A stretch of 64,000 nucleotides of DNA from the NCBI GenBank assembly GCA_028534125.1, contig CM052816.1, positions 43,092,001-43,156,000 on the forward strand. Direction: 5' to 3'. This document shows, piece by piece, positions 25,177 through 38,000 of this stretch (positions within the stretch are counted from its first letter, which is position 1; every line of letters starts with the position of its first letter). The DNA is from Lama glama. Its lineage: Eukaryota. The notes under the pieces are model-generated. The model had not been told where the DNA came from. It did no database searches and worked only from the letters and a program-made list of their open reading frames with translations. Position numbers and translations under genes: made by a program.

Positions 25177-28100
25177 ATTTATGTGACAGTAGTCAGGGGG
25201 CTGTTCTGGGAGTACTGGCCTCCCTTGTTGGAGGCATTGAGTCAAAGGATGGAGTAGAGAGGAAATACCAGGTAAGAGACCACTGTTGGTCTGTGGAAGG
25301 AAAGATTTTATCTGAAAGTTAAAATAATGGCAAATGGTAGGATCTCCTAATCCTAACAGCCAAGTCAGAGGGGAAGGCAGGTAAGTGGGAAAATAGGTTG
25401 ACATGGAAATACAGCATTTCAGAGAGTCCAAGATGGTATCAGTAATGTGCTGTATTTAACTATTAGATCCTTCTCTTTGGTGGAGCTATAAAATAATGGC
25501 CCTTTCAGAAGCCATCACATCATAACAATAAGATTAATGCAATAATACTATATTTCAAAACACGTATTCTTTCTGTGGTATCATTTTTTAGATGCTATAG
25601 CTTTTGGACATATGAAATAGTCATTCAGTTTAACTTGAGTGTTCTTTTTACTTTCTGAGAAAAAAATACTAAATAATTCTAATTCTAATACTTTTGTGCT
25701 ATTACAAAATGATATGAAACCATATTTCCTAGTAGCGAGCTATTCAGTTTATTCATAAAATGGAATTTGTTGTTTTTGTTAACTTTAAGTCTTTGTTTTA
25801 ATCCAAAAACAGTTGGATAAGACTGCTAATGAGAAAACCTCTCCTCTAAGGTCTAAGTTTTTACTCCTAGGCATCAGATATAATTCACTGATTCTTACTT
25901 TGGATACCATAGAACAAAATTTAATTATCTCTTTTTCCAAAGCTGATCAAACCCAACAGTTTAGAAGGAGGGTTGTTCTTTTAGAGGTTGGCACTATGAC
26001 AGCAGAAGTTTTAGTCTAATGTCGAGAGGAAAGTGGAGGAAATTAGAAAGTAGAGACATAGTTGTTGAACTAACTAATGAAATAAAGCTACTATCCATCA
26101 ATCAACCAGCCATCAACAAAAGTTTGAATTATCATCATTAGGTTATATACTTAAAGGAAATAGGGATAAAGGATACTATATTTTAGAAAACTTTCATCAA
26201 AAATGGTTAAAACATAAAATCATTTCTTTTATTACCTGGGGAGTTGAGCTTTGTTTCTGGAAATTTTATTTATTTATGTAGAACAGTTCATTCTCCAGCT
26301 TTATAGCAAAATGTGTTATTTGTAGAGAGCTGGGCCAATTTGGGGACCTGTAAAACAGAGAAAAGTTTTTGTTAAAACCTATGACCCCTTTGGTGAGGAT
26401 GGAGCGTGTGCGATTTCCCACAAATAATTAAGATAAAGAGTCACTGAGCTGCATCCCATTCCCCTGTGTCCTTCTGCCAGGGATGAGCCAGAGGATCATG
26501 GCAAGTAGGGGCCCTGTGGATGCAGGGACTGCCTGTGAGACAGGGAGGGAGAATGCTTCTTAGGAACCCATAGTTTCTGTTACTTTTTGGCATTTCTGTC
26601 TTTCCTTTTAGAGTTCTAATTTTCTTGTCATTAAGAAATATAATGCCTTTTATTTCCACAGTAATGTTTATATTTCTCTTTTGCATCTATCATCACTGAA
26701 AGCACTAGCCTTTTTGTCACTGGCTCAAGTCGCTCCATGACTTTAAGGTGCATGGTTACTATTTCTTACTATGCCATTGCTTGTCTCTCTTTTAAATGTC
26801 ATTTTATGTTAGTGGATGATCAAGGTGTACACACTGGGCCCAAGGGGAAAAGTCCTAAGCAATCACTGGTTAGGGTCCAAAGAGCTCTTTTCATTCCTAT
26901 TGATTCTATGCAAATAGATTCTGAATTGTGACTTGGAAACAGGCTTTTGTTAAGTTTTTTTGTTAAACAGAAGTTAAAAATTTTTCATGACTGTGTTCTT
27001 GGTTCATGGTCCTTGCTTATATTTACTTTTTTTTCCTTTTATCCACAGTGACTGTAAGAATGGAAAAAAACAATTACAATTTTCAGTTTTCTGGAAACTG
27101 AAGACTTTGATCACATATGTCTGTAGGGAAATGTGACATAGGACCTAAACTGGAATGATATTTCCAAGCATGCCGAGGAGTTGTTCCTTGTGTAGAAACC
27201 TCATGTTAGATTCCTAATTATAAGCACAAGTACTATTTTAAAAGGTTATTATTTTCCTGTTAGCTCTGTTTCTTGGCAGGCAGTTCAAATTAGTACTAAC
27301 AATAGAGATAAAACGTGATTCTTGTTAACTAGAGACTTGGCAGTTAGAATCACAGGGTGTCTTTCTGAGAGACAATGAAGCTAAATGTGCGTTGTTAAGC
27401 TCTCTAATAACTGAAGTTAACTCTTTGTATGGCCTTCATGAGACCCGCATTAGAAATTTGAGACAATTGTTTAATTTAAAAAATGATGGGAAAAATTCTA
27501 ATGGCAAATCAATCTAAGTCAATAATGAAAAAAGAAACTTTGAATATTTTTAAAAGGAATGAAGTTTTGCTTTAATTCATAGTAGCTCATCTACAGAGAC
27601 ATTTCTAAAGCGTGCAATAAATGACTGTGGTGTTTGGTTGAAAGTGGAAATTAGTAGTAAAGTCCTATGGTGCTTATTCAGGTAGTTTTTCTTAATGTCT
27701 TTACCAATAATTTCTCTAAAGAAAAACATTCTAGCGGGCATCTTACTGCCTGACATAGGTGTCTCACTTGCTCTAATCAACATTCTGATTTAAATGAAGG
27801 TAAAAGTTATATTCTTATATGAAAACCAGCACTGGTACATCAGGAAAAAAAAGGGGTAGGAAGAAAGGGATGTAGGGAAGAAGAGAGAGTTTGAGAGAAG
27901 AAAGAGAAAAGAGAAGAACTCAAGAAGATAAGGATGAGCAGAATCAAGGATTACCGGGTCCTGGCATGTGAAGCTACTCAGTTTTGACAATTTGGTATTG
28001 GATGGCAAAAAGGACTAAAACACAATCAAGACATGTGGACCTTTGCTTTCCAAAAAATGGCCAAACTTTCAGGTCCTTGCACACTAACAGCAGCGATCTA

Positions 28101-30929
28101 AACTGAGTCAGGATCTGAGAGTCCCTAACCATGTGAGTAAGTGCTAGGCTGAGGGGGTGTTATCAAGTAAAACAGATACCCTTGCTTCAGTTCGCATAGT
28201 GCCTACAGGTAATTAGTGAGTTTCTAAAATATTTTTTCAAAAGACTGTTTTCTTGAGTAACTAGTATATTCCCTTTGCAGTCGTCGCACCCTTCCCCCAC
28301 TCCCCCCCCATTTGGTCAAATCCCTTTTAAATGTCCATAACAAAAGCAGAGGTTAGCTTTCCATATAATTCCAAATTTGCAGGAAAGAAACTAATGAGAT
28401 TGTGTTAAAATGTCAAAGTGTATGTATCTTAGTTAGCAAGCCTGAGTAAATTTCAGCAAAAAGTAGTTTCAACTCAGTGCCATCCCACCTTTAGGGGTTT
28501 TAAGTAAGAGAAAATGTGGAAAACCACTCTGTCCTGTGTGAAGGGTGGTGGCTTATGTTCTTGATGGGAACAGTTAGTTAAGTCTCTCAGGTTTGTTTTA
28601 TGCTGCCTCTGTGGGAAAACACCTCCATTCTGAGGCTGCTGATCATGGAAGGGGTCTACAGTCTTTTCTAGTACATTCTCAATAAATTATTCTTAAAGCA
28701 AAATAATAGCACAAAGATTTATAGTGACAACTGTTTTTCAGAGTATTGGGGGGAGTAAAAGAACGTGTTTGTACCCTTTGAAGATTTCAAATCTTTAAAA
28801 TGCCAGTCTGTTTTGAAAGTTTCTATATAGAATAATTTTGTGTTTGATGAAAGATTCCTCTTGTCCTCCCATGGTTTCTTTTGGAGTATAGAGAAGTAAT
28901 GAAAGAATCAATTGTGTACATTGATTTTTTTCCCCTGTTACTAACAGGCCTAGAACAGCTTCAATATCGTGTGGCAAGGTTCCAGGTTGTAGATGGACAT
29001 GAATGATAGCTGGCACCTAGGAAAAGGGGACTGTACTCAATGGAACAGGTTACCCAAAACACAGTTTTTCAAATGCCAATATTTTTAAAGGAGTGTGTGA
29101 TTACTCTTCTGAAGGCAGAAGCCTATCCACTGTGTCTAGAAATGAGACATTTTCTCCAATTCCAAATTGTAGCTGCATCTGGGAGTATGAGAGTCAAAGG
29201 AAAACAGAGGTCAGGCTGAAGTGAAAGCTGATTTAGTTCTTGATGATGAGATTGCATTGAAGAGGAGCTGGGACAGGATGACAGTGAAGTTCCCTTTAAA
29301 CATTGAATTGTCATTTAAAAATACTTGTCCATTCTTCTCTGGATCATCTTTTAAACGATGCTTGTAGATCTGAAAATTGACTACTATTCCCTTATGCATT
29401 TATTATTCAACCACTTTTTTTTTACATTATATTAGTTTCAGGCATACGGCATAATGATTTATTAAGCTCTACTAAGTGTCAGGTTATGTGCTAGATATTA
29501 AGACAGAAATTAATGACTTTTCACTTTGAAGGAGCTTACAGTTTAGTGGGGAGTGGGGTTAAAGTCATTTAATGTTGCCATAAAGAGACAGCTTCTGCTG
29601 ATTGGTCATTATTTAGCTTTATGCCCTTGATCCTGGGTAAGTAGCTACAAGTAGAAACATTTGATCTATAAACTGATCTTTCTTGTGAGTAGCAAAATTT
29701 TTTCTTATCTAGCATCAGGCTCAAAAGACCTTTTTTTAAATTAACTTTTTAATATTTTAAAAAGGTTGATTTTGAGATTCTCTTTAAAATTCCTTTGACG
29801 AAAATAGTTTTGGAGAAAAATGTAAAAAGAAGCTCTCTTGTTCTGAGAGTGAGAGGAAAAGGTATTGCAACAGGCAAATCTTGCTCTCACCTGCACTCAT
29901 TTTCATTTGACATGCTGCAATTTTTAGATCTTTTTATTTCCTTACGAAATTTGCATCTGCCAGAAAGAACATCATGCAAATATCTGTAAATCTCTAACCC
30001 CGTTTCCTCTTGTTGGATATATTCTCATAAAGCTTCCCAAAATATATAATTGAGTTCTATTTTCTTTGTTTTGAAAAGCAAATGTTTCTGGCTATTAGCA
30101 TGCATGAATTCTATTCTTGGCATTTATCTTTTGGGCTTTGACATAATGATCTAACTTTTTTGATGGATGTATCTAATTATATTTCTTAACTGATATTAAA
30201 CTAATATGAGTATTGAAAAAAATACTAAAGCTTTTGAACAAGTTTTCAGTTTTTTTGAAGATTTGAACTATAATTTTAATATCACACTATAAACAACTCT
30301 TCGAATGCATATACATATAAACATGTAAGTGTTGGTGCAAATGAAGACTCAAACAAATTCAACACTTCAGAAAAGAATCTAATAAAGAGAACTGATAGTA
30401 GGATTTTCTAGATACATTACATTATTTTGTATATGTGACATAGGTTACTTTGTTCTGATACATTATGGACAGTAGTTAAAAATTGCCAATCCAGCTAATG
30501 GGCAAGGGCTACTTTTATAACCTAGAGGCAGTACCAGTCCCCCCAAAAAGTGAAAAGCAAAGAAGATAATTGTGCATTCTGATAAGGACTCCAAAGGGAG
30601 ATAGGATAAGGAACAGCTGGTGAGGGGAGGGCAGCAGGATGGACCACTGCTTACGTGGATTGCCAGAGAAGGTCTCTATGAGGAGATGACATTTGTTTTG
30701 TGAGCTGAGAGGGGAGAAGGGTGACTCTTCCTTTTGTTAGCAGACTTTTTCCTATACTTTTCAGAAGCTCTGCCAGACCAATACATGTGTTCCGTGGAAT
30801 TTCTATTTCAGTGGCTTGTTTTTTAATATAATAAGACATGTTAGGAAATGAAGTGAAAGAACAGATGATTCTTTCTCTGTATATGTAACTAATTTGGTGT
30901 TCTGTCATTGTGATTCTTGCCTTTCTACA

Positions 30930-31105
30930 AAGTGACAGGGGAGTCTAGTTAGAAGAACCTGGATGAGGATTGAGAAACCTATGTTCTTGTTAAGCCCTGC
31001 TGCCACTATCTTCACAGCATATAATCCCTCTGGACCTTGTTTTCTCATCTGAACAGTCACACAACTGGCTTTAATGCCCTTTGCACCCCTATCCAGTTCC
31101 AAAAC
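30930..31105 (+). mobile_element. MIR/MIR3 remnant
   Basis: 'ccctctggaccttgttttctcatctg…ccagttccaaaa'. Confidence 0.55.
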
Positions 31106-31874
31106 CGTTATCATTCTCACAGGAAGGTCTTTGAATACATCTTGGTGTATAATCACGGAGTGCTCACTAGCAGACAGAGCACAGCTCTTCTCTTGGGAAA
31201 ATGAGAAAGGGATATTAATTCAAATTATTATGAAAGATGACCCCAAAATGGGGGAAAACACTTTTCATTAAAAAAATAAACTTAAAATAATATTTAAACT
31301 GGCATGATTGTTACCTAGAACTAGAATTTTAATGTTTTTGGTAGGACTTTCATTAAGTATCATATTCCTTATAATTCAGCATTCATGTAGTAAAGTAATT
31401 AAGTGAACATTTTATAAAAAACACATAGCATACAAATCACCAAGTTGAATTTGTGAGGAATCAGTGCTTTCCTGACTTGGGGAGCAGTCTTTCCTGGGGG
31501 TTAGCGTACATACATACAAAAACAAAATTTACTTATTCACTTATTGATTTGCTTTATTCCATAAACACTTGAAATAGCTTATAATAATGTGTGTGCCAAT
31601 ACAAACAGTCAGGATGAAGGAAAATATAGCTAGAATGGAAAGCAGTGTTAGGCAAGAGATCAGCAAGCAACAGAATTCCACAAATCTTCTAACACTGAGG
31701 TGAAAATTTTGGCTATGATGTTAATTATGGCCAAAAAGTACTTCAGTGTTTGTAAAAAGTGTATCAACTCTTGAGGAGAGTTCTTTTTGGACTGATACTG
31801 CCTCTAGAGCCTTTCCTAGAACGAACATCTTAAAGAAATTGCATGGAACTTTTGTACTGGGGGATATACTGTTT

Positions 31875-31980
31875 GATGATGATATTTACTGAGCACTTTC
31901 TATGTGCTAGGCGTGTTCCTAAGTATTTTACAAGCATTTTCTCATAATTTTCATAACTCTATAAGTTAGGGACTATATTG
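31875..31980 (-). mobile_element. MIR 3' part
   Basis: 'atttactgagcactttctatgtgctaggc…ctaagtattttaca'. Confidence 0.65.
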
Positions 31981-34035
31981 TTTTTTAATTGAAGTATATT
32001 TGATTTATAATATTATATTAGTTTCAGATATAGAGCATAGTGAGTCAATATTTTTATAGATCATGCTCCTTTAAAAGTTATTTCAAGATGATGGCTATAA
32101 TCCCCTTTGCTATGCAATATATTCTTGTTGCTTATCTATTTTATACACAGTAGGTTGTATCTCTTAATCCCATATGCCTAGTTTGTCTCTCTTCCCTTGC
32201 CCCTCCCCCACTGATAACCACTGATTTGTTTTCTATATCACTGAGTCTCTTCCTGTTTTGCTGTACACATTTGTTAGATTTAACATATAAGTGATATCAT
32301 ACAGTATTTGTCTTTCTGTCTGATTTATTTCACTAAACATATTATTTTCTAGGTCCATCTACATTATTGCAAATGGCAGTATTTTGCTATTTTTATGGCT
32401 AAGTAATACTCCATTGTCTGTTGGTGGACACCTGGGTTTCTTCCATATGGATCTTGGATATTGTAAACAATGCTGCTGTGTACACTAGGGTACATGTGTC
32501 TTTAATAAGTATTTTTGTTTTTTTCCAGATATATACCTAGGAGTACAATTGTTGGAGCTTACAGTAGTTCTATTTTTAGATTTTGAGGAAACTCCGTACT
32601 GTTTTCTATAGTGACTCTACAAATTTATATCCCTACCAACAGTGTAAAATTTTCGTCCAATCCTTGCAAATATTTATTTGTAAACTTTTTGATGATAGCC
32701 ATTCTAATAAATGTGATGTGATATCTTGTTGTTGTTTTGATTTGCATTTCTATAGTAATTAGTGATGTTGAGCATCTTTTCATGGCCCTGTTAGCCATCT
32801 GTGAGCCTTTTATATATTTTGGATATTAACTCCTTGTCAATCATGTTATTTGCAAATATTTTCTCCCATTCTTATAGGTTGTCTTTTCATTTTGTTGATG
32901 GTTTCCTTTGCTGTGCAAAAGCATGTAAGTTTAATTAGGTACTTTTTAAAAAATTTTTTGCTTCTTTTTTTTTGACTTAGGAATCAGACTTTCCAATATA
33001 TTGCTATTATATATATATATAGATATAGATATAAAATATATAAAAGAGTGTTCTGCCTGTGTTCTCTTCTAGAATTTTTATGGTTTCTGATCTTACATTT
33101 AGGTTTTTAATCCATTTTGAATTTATTTTTGTATATGGTGTGAAAAAATGTTCTAATCTCATTTTTTTACACATAGCTGTCCAGTTTTCCCACCACCACT
33201 TGTTGAAGAGACTGTCTTTTCTCCACTATATATTCTTTCCTCCTCTGTCATAGATTATTTGACCATAAGTGCTTGAGTGGGTTTATTTTGGGGCTCTCTA
33301 TTCTGTTCCATTGATCTATGTGTCTGTTTTAGTGCCAGAACCATGCTGTTTTGATTACTGTAGCTTTGTAGTATGGTCTGAAATCTAGGGGGGTGATACC
33401 GCCAGTTTTGTTCTCTTTCCTCAAGATTGCTTTGGCAATTCAGGGTCTTTCATGGTTCCATATGAATTTTAAGATTATTTGTTCTAGTTCTGTGAAAAAT
33501 CTCATGGGTATTTTGATAGGGATTATATTAAATCTATAGGTGGCTTTGAGTAGTATGGCCATTTTAACAACATTAATTCTCCCAGTCCAAGAGCATGGAA
33601 TATTTTTCCATTTCTTTGTATCATCTTCAGTTTCCTTCATCAGTATTTCTTAGTTTTCAGCATACAGGATTTTCACTTCCTTAGTTAAGTTTATTCCTAG
33701 ATATTTCATTCTTTTGGTGTGATTTTAAATGATATTTTTTAAGCTTTGTCTTTCTGATTGATCAATATTAATGTATAGGAAAGCAACAATTTCTATATAT
33801 TAGTCATGTGTCCTGAAAATTTACTGAATTCATTTATTCTGGTAGTTTTGAGGAAAGACTTTAGGGTTTTCTATATAAAGTATCATGTCACTTGCAAATA
33901 GTAACAGTTTTATTTCTTCACTTCCAATTTGGAAATCTTTTATTTCTTCTTCTTGTCGGATTGCTGTGGCTAGGACTTCCAATACTGTGTTAAATAGTAA
34001 TGGTGAAAGTGGGCATCCTTGTTTGGTTCCTGAAT
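31981..34035 (-). mobile_element. 5'-truncated L1 (~2 kb; 3'UTR plus ORF2 into the RT domain), antisense, with internal deletions
   Basis: Minus-strand peptides [31 protein letters not shown]…[14 protein letters not shown] (RT) and [29 protein letters not shown]…IPIKIP. Confidence 0.95.
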
Positions 34036-34039
34036 TTGT

Positions 34040-34200
34040 AAGTCCTCCCTGACTTCTTCTTACCAGACTTCCTTCCCCAATTCTTCCTTCCTTGACTTTC
34101 TTTCTAACTTCCTTTCTTTCCCACTCCTTCTCTCTCATCAACTTCCCATTTTCCATCTTCTCTTTGCTTTCTCCTGTGTCCCAATTCATCCTCCTGCCAT
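34040..34200. repeat. Pyrimidine-rich low-complexity tract
   Basis: Mostly C/T on + strand. Confidence 0.7.
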
Positions 34201-35329
34201 CAGTTGGTTAGACAGCTTGAGGTGGCACCGTGTTATTAACCTGAGGTGTCTAACCTGGGCTCTTTTGGAGCTGGCAGAGTTACTCCCCCAGGAAGCAGCT
34301 CAAGAATAACAAAAATTGTCCAAGAAGACAAAGGACATCCAGCAGTGTGGGAACCCAGAAGGGAGTGGGCAGTTATCTCTATTTGGGGAGGGTTCACACA
34401 GGAAATGAAATGACATTTCTCTGGGTCTTCAGGAAGAAAAAGAATAGATGAAGTTGAAAAGAGAGAGAAGGGATGTCAAAGCATATTACTAGGTCCTGTA
34501 CATGTAGAAGAATTAAGTGTTTTAATGTACTTGGAGGGTAGGAGGTTTATGTGATGTAGATGATGAGGGTAATAAAGTACTTTAGGAACAGATTTTTGAA
34601 ATCTACTCCAGTGACACTGAAATCTACTCCAATTGCAAGATTCCAAGTGGATGCTAGAGCCTGACTCTTAATATGATTGTTATTTTCTGAAATAGAAAAT
34701 GCTTAATGGACTGGCTTGAAGCAGTAAACCAGGCTATAATTTCTTTCAGTTTACTGATCCAGAGTACTGTAATGTTCACTGAACCCACTGATACTTCATT
34801 TGCCTTGAGAACTTTATTTCACAGGACTTTTAAAATTCAATCATAATTGTCATTAATATCCTCAGTTTACCATATATATGTGTATATATATATAGTCTTT
34901 CTTTCTCTGTGATCTTTTGGCACTTCTGGTCCCCAGATGAAAAATTGAGAATATGTATTATTATTCATTATATTTTTTCTAGAAAAACTTAAATCTTATT
35001 CTTGAGTTTTATTTCTCTGCACTGGTACTGAAACTCTGGTGATCTAATGAAATATTGATTTCCCCGTGACTCAGTGTCTGAGTCTGACCTTTTTTCTAAT
35101 TTGAAAAAAAAGAATATTTCTTTACTGTCATACAAAAAGTGATTCAAGACTCTAGAAAAGCAGTGTATCATACAGGTCATAATAAAACCACAGTTGCTAT
35201 CCACAGATTGCTTACTGTTTAGTCAAAGACAGTAACTGCGCTAGTATTTTGCAAACTGAGAAGAAAGATAATTTTAATTACTCTATTATATGCTATAGTA
35301 AGTTACTATGATAGATTCCAGTTAATCAT

Positions 35330-35742
35330 GCTGCCTTATTTCAGTATCTCACTTCTGACTTTAAGCTTGACTGTATAATTTACTTTGACCAGTAGGATAT
35401 TAGCACATTGTTGAAAGCAGAGCCTTGAAAGGCAATTGAGCTTTTGCTGCTTTTGGAACCCAGGTGCTATGTGAAGAAGCCCTGGCTAGACTGCTGGAGA
35501 CCTGTGGTTCAGCTAACAGGAAGCACCAGTATATTTGGGTGAGGCCATCTTGAACTGTCTGGTCCCAGGTGCAGAGCTATCTTCAGCTGCATGAGTGAGG
35601 CCAGCAAAAGAACTGCCTAGCTGAACCTAGCCCAAATTACCAAGCCACTGAATTTTGAGCTAGTAAGGTAATTATTGTTCTAAACCACTGAGTTGGAGAG
35701 GCTTAGAGGCTTGTTAACACAAGCTTATATACTGTACTGATA
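35330..35742 (+). mobile_element. MLT1-type MaLR LTR
   Basis: 'gtgaagaagccctggctagactgctggaga', 'agaactgcctagctgaacctagcccaaatt', 'ttctaaaccactgagtt'. Confidence 0.75.
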
Positions 35743-36429
35743 TACCATATGACACTCTTTCATATGTAATCTCACCTGTAACATATGAGAGTATACACAG
35801 ATAGGAGAATTGAGACTAGATTGAATTTTAGTGGAATAATATTTCATAACTCATTATATTATGAAAAATAGTTTCAAAAAGCATAAACTTACTAGAATAT
35901 TTTAAATACTTGACATTGGAAAAATAATTGTCTAATATTAATTTATTGTTTACAGGCTCACCTATTTACAGAATATATTTCAAGCATTTTATAGTATTAA
36001 AACATGCAGACACAAGGTAATTAAAAACAAGAGTAGAACAATTAATTAGGAGGATAGAGAAACAGATGAGAAATAAATACCAAAAATGCACTAACTCTTA
36101 TTATCTGGAGCTCACCTTTTGTCTAGACCTCTTGGTAGCCAAGCAGAGCAAAACATTTGGGGTTTAAACATTTCTTATTTGAGTAGGGAGAACACAAGTT
36201 CATCCAAAAAACAAACCATTTTTTTCTCATAGGAAAAATTTACTGCATGGACCTTAGTTGCAGACAATAGATGTTTGATTCTTGATTTGTAAAAGTTAGA
36301 AAAACATTACTCTAATGGGCATTTCTTATATTGTCTCTTATAAAAAGCTTAATATTTAGGATTAAATTTTAAATCAGTTAGGACTTCCTGAGAGGGACCA
36401 GGTGTGATGATTTTCATGTGAGTCCAAGG

Positions 36430-36960
36430 GCTTGGTCAAAATCCAGAAATAGTCATCCCCAGTTTTCCCAGCACCTCATCTGGTTTCTGTCAGGTGCTCA
36501 TCCCCAAGAAGTGTGTGCAGAATGGATGAATGCATTTATTGACCACATACTTGGGCTGGGCTCAGCAGGAAGCACTGGAGGGACTGTGGTGAGTGAAACA
36601 GCAGTGGCCCCCTGCCCTCGTGTTACTGAGATAACTATGGAGACAGGTATGAATCAGTCACCTGATATATAACTAACTTACATCCATTGTGATCAATGCT
36701 ACAAAGCCAAACCACAAGGGACCTACCATACCTGGAAGTGACAGAAGCCTCCCCTGCGGAAGCGATATTAGAGCTGGGATCTGCTTGGTGAGATAGTGCC
36801 GCCAGATGGAAGGGATGGACTGTGGGGGACAGCACACCTGGCAGAGGAAAGAGCTATTAGCAAAGGAGCTGAAGTGGCCAATCCACGGAGTGAGCTGTCA
36901 GGGATCTACAGGAAGGTTAGCATACCTGGTAAGCAGAGGAGAGAGTGGGATCTGAGACAA
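36430..36960. mobile_element. L2 fragments (+ tail back-to-back with - fragment)
   Basis: 'gaatggatgaatgcatttattgacc', 'cctggcagaggaaagagc…gcaaagg'. Confidence 0.55.
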
Positions 36961-37744
36961 AGCTGTGGCCGTCAGGTTGACTTTACATTCATTTCCTACA
37001 CACAAAGAAATTCCATAACAGCACTTTTCTGTGTCTTTCACGTTTTCTACATTGAGCACCGAATACTTTTGTATTGGAAAAAAAAAGTTGTTTGCAAAAG
37101 ATAGTCCAGTGAGAAATAAAGACGTGTCAGTTTGCTAATTTTTCATGGCTTTGCTTCTTGTGGTACTTAATGTCCTATCCAGCTCAGAGCACTTAATTTT
37201 CAAAATTTAATTAAATCAGCAAGAGATGGGAAAACACACAGGTATGAAATGCATTTTCAACAGTGATTACCCAAATGCCTCTGAGAAGCAAGAGTTATGT
37301 GTCCAGCCCAAAATTTTACATGCAGCCTGTACTGACATTAATAACATTATAGGGTGTCAGTGCGGTGCTCTTTGTTCAATTCTGGTGATTGTGCAATGAG
37401 AGATTTTTGTTGTTATATCTCTATGGAATTGGTCTTTCAGATTGAATTTGACTTGAGAAAAGATCTAACCGTCATTTGGAACAAAAGTTTGGTAAAGAAA
37501 ATAGATGATCATGGTGAAAAATGATAATTACACTGAAAAGTAAAATACAGTTATTAAAGTAGCAGACTAATTTTTATGTGGCTCATAAACCCAAACTTAA
37601 GAAACTGTATATTATTTTTGAGTAATAGCATAACTGGAATAAGGGTAGAGTCTCTTAGGGTGGCTCTTTCAAGAGACTTGAACTTAAGTAGTTAGGAATT
37701 CTGGGGTGCATGTTTAAAAACATCTGTCTATTAAAACTCATATA

Positions 37745-38000
37745 CTCATTTCCACATTCGCTCAGTCACTGTATGAATGTCTGCTACGAGAGCAGCGTTA
37801 TTCTAGATTCCTGGAATATATCAATGAATAAAACAGCAAGAGACCCCTACCCTTGAGGAATTTACATTTTAGTGTAGCATAGACTATAATAAAAGGTAAA
37901 TGAAATTAAATAAGTAAATTATATAGTATGTTTAAAGTGACAACTACTATGACAGAAAAGGAAATGTAGAGCAGAGCAGAGTAAGGGGATTGGGGCTGAA
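37745..38000 (-). mobile_element. L2 3' fragment
   Basis: 'gaataaaacagcaagagacccctacccttgaggaatttacattttagt'. Confidence 0.65.

Noticed and set aside
33830..34189. 119-aa ORF with a charged N-terminus fused to RT motifs
   Set aside because: Read-through from a low-complexity tract into a truncated L1. The catalytic FADD motif is mutated (FASD).
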